From contig SVAW01000003.1 of assembly GCA_015059195.1 (NCBI GenBank), forward strand, positions 30,445 through 94,444: 64,000 nt of DNA, in the 5' to 3' direction. This document shows positions 58,788-64,000 of the stretch, piece by piece. The stretch comes from Bacillota bacterium. Its GTDB lineage: Bacteria > Bacillota_I > Bacilli_A > RF39 > UBA660. Position 1 is the first letter of the stretch. Every line of letters begins with the position of its first letter. The notes below the pieces were generated by a model. The model worked only from the letters and a program-made list of their open reading frames with translations. It searched no databases and was not told where the DNA came from. The translations under genes were made by a program, and so were the position numbers.

Positions 58788-59999
58788 TTAGAAATTAAAC
58801 ATTAACCAATCTGGCTTAAATATCATTAATACTCCAACTAGTAACATAATAATACCACCAATTAAATGTGAATACTTAGTATATTTAGTAGAAATACCTG
58901 TTAGTTCTAACGTTACCATTGCTATAACAAATATAATTATATCATCCATTAAGAAGAATAAAATATAAATTAAAATGTATATAAAATATGTTAGACTACT
59001 TAATTCATTTAAAGCAAGTATTTGAGTAAATATAAGTGGTAGTCCAGCTGAACAAGCAAGCTCAATTATATTTACTGAAAAAGCTAAGGCAATAACCCCA
59101 ATAATTGCTAACCAAAAGTTTTTTTGAGAAGTAAACTTTTTGATTCTATCCATTAATTTCTTTCTTTTAGAATTGTCAACCACTTCACATCCGGAATCTT
59201 TTTCTTTAACTGACTTATAAAAACTTCTAAGATTTACAAAAGATCCTATTAATGCAACTAACGCGATTAGTAATCTTACCCATACTATTTCATTTAAACT
59301 AATAGCTATATTAAGCCATGCTAACATAAATAATAAATATACAAACGCACTTGCACCTAAGAATGTTAATCCTAAAACCCACATACGTTTTTTATTTTTC
59401 ATTCCCATTAACATGCTAATTAAAAAAATTAAAACCCACATGGCACAAGGATTAAAACCATCTATAAATCCAATGAGTGCAGCTACTAATGGTAATGAAA
59501 CATTTTTCGCATCTACCTCTCCTATAATTGGCAATGTAAATTTTGTTTCCTCGTTATCCTTACATATTATATTGCTTGGAACATTATTGATCGCATCATC
59601 TACTACATTACTATCAGTGTAGTCATAATTTATAATCGCATCTAATATTTTATTCTTGTTATCAACATTCCATCCAACAAAATATTTTTCGCCAATTACA
59701 GTAAATGGTACATATTCTGAAGTGCTACAAAGACGTTCTTTAACATTATCTAATAACGCACTATTTTCTTGGTTTCTAGTCACTTCATATTCATGAATAT
59801 TTAAATAATCATATTCATCTTTAATGCTATCTAGCCACTCTCTTTCAGCTTTACAATGAACACAATCTCTAGAATGAAATAAATATAAATCTACTGTTTC
59901 TCTTGCCTCTATAACATTCGGAATAGTTAAAAAACTAAAAATGATAAATAAATATATTAAAATCTTTTTCATATTAACCTTCTTTACTAATGCTTGCAA
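58788..59999 (-). CDS. thiol:disulfide interchange protein: secreted thioredoxin-like domain fused to CcdA/DsbD-like membrane domain
   Basis: Signal peptide, CVHC redox motif, then DsbD_2-type TM domain with paired Cys (DGFNPCAMWVL, ELACSAGLP). Confidence 0.7.
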   Translation of the reverse strand: MQALVKKVNMKKILIYLFIIFSFLTIPNVIEARETVDLYLFHSRDCVHCKAEREWLDSIKDEYDYLNIHEYEVTRNQENSALLDNVKERLCSTSEYVPFTVIGEKYFVGWNVDNKNKILDAIINYDYTDSNVVDDAINNVPSNIICKDNEETKFTLPIIGEVDAKNVSLPLVAALIGFIDGFNPCAMWVLIFLISMLMGMKNKKRMWVLGLTFLGASAFVYLLFMLAWLNIAISLNEIVWVRLLIALVALIGSFVNLRSFYKSVKEKDSGCEVVDNSKRKKLMDRIKKFTSQKNFWLAIIGVIALAFSVNIIELACSAGLPLIFTQILALNELSSLTYFIYILIYILFFLMDDIIIFVIAMVTLELTGISTKYTKYSHLIGGIIMLLVGVLMIFKPDWLMFNF

Positions 60000-60246
60000 T
60001 AATTTCTTCTATTTCATCATAACTTTTTTCGCCAACAATTCTAGTAATTTCATTTTCATTTTCATCCAAAAAAATTAAAACTGGAATTGTAGTACCAATA
60101 TTATATTTTTCTACTAATTCTTCGTCTGTATCGTAATCATAATTAATAAATTCTAATTCTGGGTGCATATTTTCAACATGCTTAAAAATCTTTTTCATTA
60201 CTAAACAGGCACTACACCATATCGCACTAAATCTTAATACTTTCAT
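59974..60246 (-). CDS. thioredoxin
   Basis: 90 aa with WCSAC active site (hallmark is WCGPC). Overlaps the downstream gene by 26 nt. Confidence 0.8.
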   Translation of the reverse strand: MKVLRFSAIWCSACLVMKKIFKHVENMHPELEFINYDYDTDEELVEKYNIGTTIPVLIFLDENENEITRIVGEKSYDEIEEIIASISKEG

Positions 60247-60256
60247 AATTCACCTA

Positions 60257-61378
60257 CTATTTCAATAATAATTTTTTTATACATTTATCAAAAGCATCTA
60301 CAAATTTATCTATTTCTTCTTTTGTAGTTAGTTTTGATAAACTAATTCGTATACTAGAATTGGCTCTATCAATACTCTTAGTTAGTGCCATTACAGCCTT
60401 TGAACTAGCTCCAGTTGCACATGCACTTTGAGTAGAAATATAAATATCATGTTCTTCTAATGCATGTAACATTGTCTCTGGTTTGATTCCAACCACACTT
60501 AAATTTAAAATATGTGGGATTGAATATTCATTACTATTTATATATACATTATCATAATCTTTAATTTTTTCCTTCAAATATGAATTTAACTCTTCCACGT
60601 GTTTGTAAGCAACGCCAATGTCTTGATAAACAAGTCTTAGTGCTTTTGCTAAAGAAGCATCTAATGCAACTGTTGGAGTTCCACTTCGATAATTTGAAGT
60701 ACTTTTACCACCATTAATTTGAGGATTAATAACTATATTATTTTTCTTTAATAAACAACCTATTCCTTTTAACCCAAAAAACTTGTGTGCAGAAAAACTA
60801 ACTAAATCAATATTTGTTAAATCTACTTTTACCTTTCCAACTGCTTGAGTAGCGTCTACATGGAAATAACACTTTGGATATTGATTTAAAATTTCAGCTA
60901 TTTCATTTATGGGTTGTTTGATACCAATTTCACTATTAACTGCTGTAATAGAAACTAAAATAGTGTCATCACGTATTAATGACTTTAAGCTTTCTAAATC
61001 AACCATACCAAATTCATCTAACTTTACAAAATCAACTTCAAATCCTAGTTCACTTAAATAATTTAAAGGACCATATATTGAAGAGTGTTCTAATTCTGTA
61101 GTAATAATGTGTTTACCTCTATTTTGGTACTTTTCACAGATTCCCTTAATAGCCAAATTATTTGCTTCACTAGAACCACTTGTAAATATTACTTCGTGAT
61201 TAGGTACATTTAAAATTTGTTTAATCTGTTCAATTGATTTATCAATCAAATTTTTAGACTCAACCCCTAACTTATGCAAAGAATTAGGGTTCCCAACAAA
61301 GTCTAAACTAACTTTGTTAAATGTATCTAAAACTTCCTTGTTAACTGGAGTTGTTGCGGAATAATCTAAATATATCAT
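60257..61378 (-). CDS. cysteine desulfurase (class V aminotransferase, NifS/IscS-like)
   Basis: PLP-lysine region SFSAHKFFG and active-site region ISTQSACATG. Confidence 0.85.
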   Translation of the reverse strand: MIYLDYSATTPVNKEVLDTFNKVSLDFVGNPNSLHKLGVESKNLIDKSIEQIKQILNVPNHEVIFTSGSSEANNLAIKGICEKYQNRGKHIITTELEHSSIYGPLNYLSELGFEVDFVKLDEFGMVDLESLKSLIRDDTILVSITAVNSEIGIKQPINEIAEILNQYPKCYFHVDATQAVGKVKVDLTNIDLVSFSAHKFFGLKGIGCLLKKNNIVINPQINGGKSTSNYRSGTPTVALDASLAKALRLVYQDIGVAYKHVEELNSYLKEKIKDYDNVYINSNEYSIPHILNLSVVGIKPETMLHALEEHDIYISTQSACATGASSKAVMALTKSIDRANSSIRISLSKLTTKEEIDKFVDAFDKCIKKLLLK

Positions 61379-61491
61379 CTAATCACCTTCTACTTTAATA
61401 CAAAACCTATATACTTTTATATTATACCAAAAAATCATGCTACTTGGTAACAAATTAATCAAAAAAAGAAAATCTTTCGATTTTCTTCTAA

Positions 61492-63666
61492 TTACTCATC
61501 TTTGCTTTCTAATTTTACCAATACTTCACGAGGCTTTGAACCGTTATTTGGCCCAATAATTCCTCTTTCTTCTAGTAAATCTATACAGCGTGCAGCTCTG
61601 TTATAACCTAGCCTAAATCTTCTTTGAAGAAGCGACGCACTAGCTTTTCCTTGAGTTACAACAAATTCTACAATGTCATTATATAATGGTTCATCATAAT
61701 CATCTTTAGAATCTGTCATAGAAGTAGCTCGAGATTCTTCTTCATCCATAAGAAGAGTTTCGTCATAACGTGCTTTTTGTTGAGAAATAGTATAGTCTAC
61801 TATAGACTTAATTTCTTCATCAGATATGAATGTTCCCTGTACACGTAGTGGTGTATTTTCTCCTTGTGGTAAGAATAACATATCACCTTTACCAAGTAAT
61901 TTTTCTGCTCCTGTCATATCCAAAATAGTACGAGAATCAATACTGCTTGATACAGCAAATGAAATTCTTGATGGAATGTTTGCTTTTACTACTCCGGTAA
62001 TAACATCTGTTGAAGGTCTTTGAGTAGCCACAATCAAATGAATTCCAGCAGCACGCGCCATCTGAGTAATACGCATAATAGAATCTTCTACTTCTTTCGC
62101 AGCTACTAACATTAAGTCCGCTAACTCATCAATAATAACTACAATAAATGGCATTTTTTTAATTTGACCTGCTTCATCTGTATTTCTGTTTTTCTTTTCT
62201 ATATATGCATTATATCCAGCAATATTTTTAGTACCGCTAGCTTCAAACACATCGTAACGTCTTTCCATTTCAGCTACAATCTTCTTTAATGCGACATTAG
62301 CTTTTCTAGGATCGGTTACTACTGGAGCTAGTAAATGTGGAACCCCATTATACATAGAAAGCTCTACTTTCTTAGGATCTACTAAAACTAATTTTACTTC
62401 ATCTGGTTTAGTTCGCATTAAGATAGATGTAATAATACTATTTATACAAACTGATTTACCACTTCCAGTAGAACCAGCAACCAAAAGGTGTGGTGTTTTA
62501 TTAATTTCACAATATATAGGTTTTCCCATTATATCTTTTCCTAATGTCACTAATAATTTACTATCATTTAAAGACTTAGGAATAGTTTCTAAAATTTCTC
62601 TAACGCTAACCATTGATACGCTTTTATTAGGAATTTCTACACCAATAGTTTTTTTACCTGGAATTGGTGCCTGAATACGAACATCTTTTGCTGCTGTTGC
62701 TAAAGCAATTTCTCTATGAATTCCTAAAATTTTACTAACTTTAGTTCCGGCTTTAACTTCCATTTCATACTGAGTTACAGCTGGCCCTACGTTTGCCGCA
62801 ACAATTTTACCCTCAATTCCAAAATCACGAAATACTTCTTCTAAGACATGAATTGTATCTTTGATTGTTGCTCTATTATCATTATTATTTTTTCTCTGAG
62901 GCATTTTTAATAACGATATTGGAGGATAATTATATCCTTTAGTATCCATAATTGTATTATCAATTTCTAGTTTATTATTTTCTATGTTAGCTGGTTTATC
63001 TTCTGTACGAATCAAATCACTCATACTAGAAATAATTACTTTGTTATCCTTCTCATAATTTTCTTCAACAATTTTTATTTCTTGTCTATCCTTATGCTTA
63101 ATAACACCACTAACTTTATTTTTTAAACTTTTAACAATATCATATATACTCATTCCAGTAAACATTACAAAACCACATATAATTAAAACTATGCAGACAA
63201 CTCTAGTACCATTTACCGTAAATAATTTCACAAATAAAACTGATAAAATTGCTCCTAGAATTCCTCCACCTTGGATTTTTTCTACTCCATTAATCGCACC
63301 CATTAAATTATTAACTGTTTCTTTAATTATTTCAAAACCTTCAAGATCTAATTGCTTAATATATTTGGTGTGAAAAAATATCAGAAGTGCAAAGACTATG
63401 ATATATAACCCTACTAATTTAGATGTAAAAAAGTCTGGTTCTTGTCTTTTAACAATCATATATATACCAATTATTAATAATGAGGCTAATAATATGTTAT
63501 AAGCAGTACCAACTAGAAAAGATGCAAATCCAGATAAAAAGTTACCTACTATTCCAAATTCACATATTCCTATAATTGCAGCCGCAATAAACATTACTCC
63601 AATCAATTCTATTCTATAACCACTACTAGGTTTCTTTTCTTCTTTTCTTTTCTTTTTCTTAGCCAT
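61492..63666 (-). CDS. ftsK: DNA translocase FtsK/SpoIIIE
   Basis: N-terminal 4-TM domain, motor domain with Walker A GSTGSGKS and Walker B IVVIIDELADLM, C-terminal gamma winged-helix. Confidence 0.9.
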   Translation of the reverse strand: MAKKKKRKEEKKPSSGYRIELIGVMFIAAAIIGICEFGIVGNFLSGFASFLVGTAYNILLASLLIIGIYMIVKRQEPDFFTSKLVGLYIIVFALLIFFHTKYIKQLDLEGFEIIKETVNNLMGAINGVEKIQGGGILGAILSVLFVKLFTVNGTRVVCIVLIICGFVMFTGMSIYDIVKSLKNKVSGVIKHKDRQEIKIVEENYEKDNKVIISSMSDLIRTEDKPANIENNKLEIDNTIMDTKGYNYPPISLLKMPQRKNNNDNRATIKDTIHVLEEVFRDFGIEGKIVAANVGPAVTQYEMEVKAGTKVSKILGIHREIALATAAKDVRIQAPIPGKKTIGVEIPNKSVSMVSVREILETIPKSLNDSKLLVTLGKDIMGKPIYCEINKTPHLLVAGSTGSGKSVCINSIITSILMRTKPDEVKLVLVDPKKVELSMYNGVPHLLAPVVTDPRKANVALKKIVAEMERRYDVFEASGTKNIAGYNAYIEKKNRNTDEAGQIKKMPFIVVIIDELADLMLVAAKEVEDSIMRITQMARAAGIHLIVATQRPSTDVITGVVKANIPSRISFAVSSSIDSRTILDMTGAEKLLGKGDMLFLPQGENTPLRVQGTFISDEEIKSIVDYTISQQKARYDETLLMDEEESRATSMTDSKDDYDEPLYNDIVEFVVTQGKASASLLQRRFRLGYNRAARCIDLLEERGIIGPNNGSKPREVLVKLESKDE

Positions 63667-63741
63667 ATCGATCCTCCTAGCATCTATTAATATTATAGCA
63701 CACTAAAACCTTATTAACAATTAATTTCATATCAAAAAAGG

Positions 63742-64000
<259 letters not shown>

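Overview
Window from a very AT-rich (about 28-30% GC), endospore-forming Firmicute (Clostridia-like). The sporulation call rests on SpoIVB, SpoIVFA/SpoIVFB, SpoIIM and a YjcZ-like peptide. Layout in order: (1) an accessory surface-polysaccharide locus of glycosyltransferases, Wzx flippase, acetyltransferase and Wzy polymerase at 152-6638; (2) a roughly 620-nt ORF-free, GC-enriched transcription unit with a near-consensus sigma-A promoter and an intrinsic terminator at 6732-7387, followed by a cold-shock gene and a 4-TM small membrane protein, which I read as a candidate ornate large structured ncRNA, possibly OLE-class with an OapA-like partner, and the most interesting object here; (3) housekeeping genes: rbr, glyA, folD, tRNA-Met(CAU), a MacB-like ABC fusion, queH, def, a SEDS protein, mutS (not followed by mutL), nusB-xseA-xseB, spoIVB, an orphan radical-SAM/SPASM enzyme, spoIIM, mnmA; (4) a long minus-strand block: zupT, phosphohexomutase, xerD, rarA(+), holA, a heterodimeric ABC exporter, tcdA, aspS-hisS with a T-box leader, AI-2E transporter, dtd-relA, a pilin-like/lectin-like fusion protein, L27-Prp-L21 with L21 leader, spoIVFB/spoIVFA-like, mreDC, radC, a thioredoxin/CcdA pair, a NifS-like desulfurase, ftsK, and a partial eno at the 3' edge. 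No CRISPR array, transposase or rRNA seen. Product calls are from recognisable motifs read by eye; no database search was possible.
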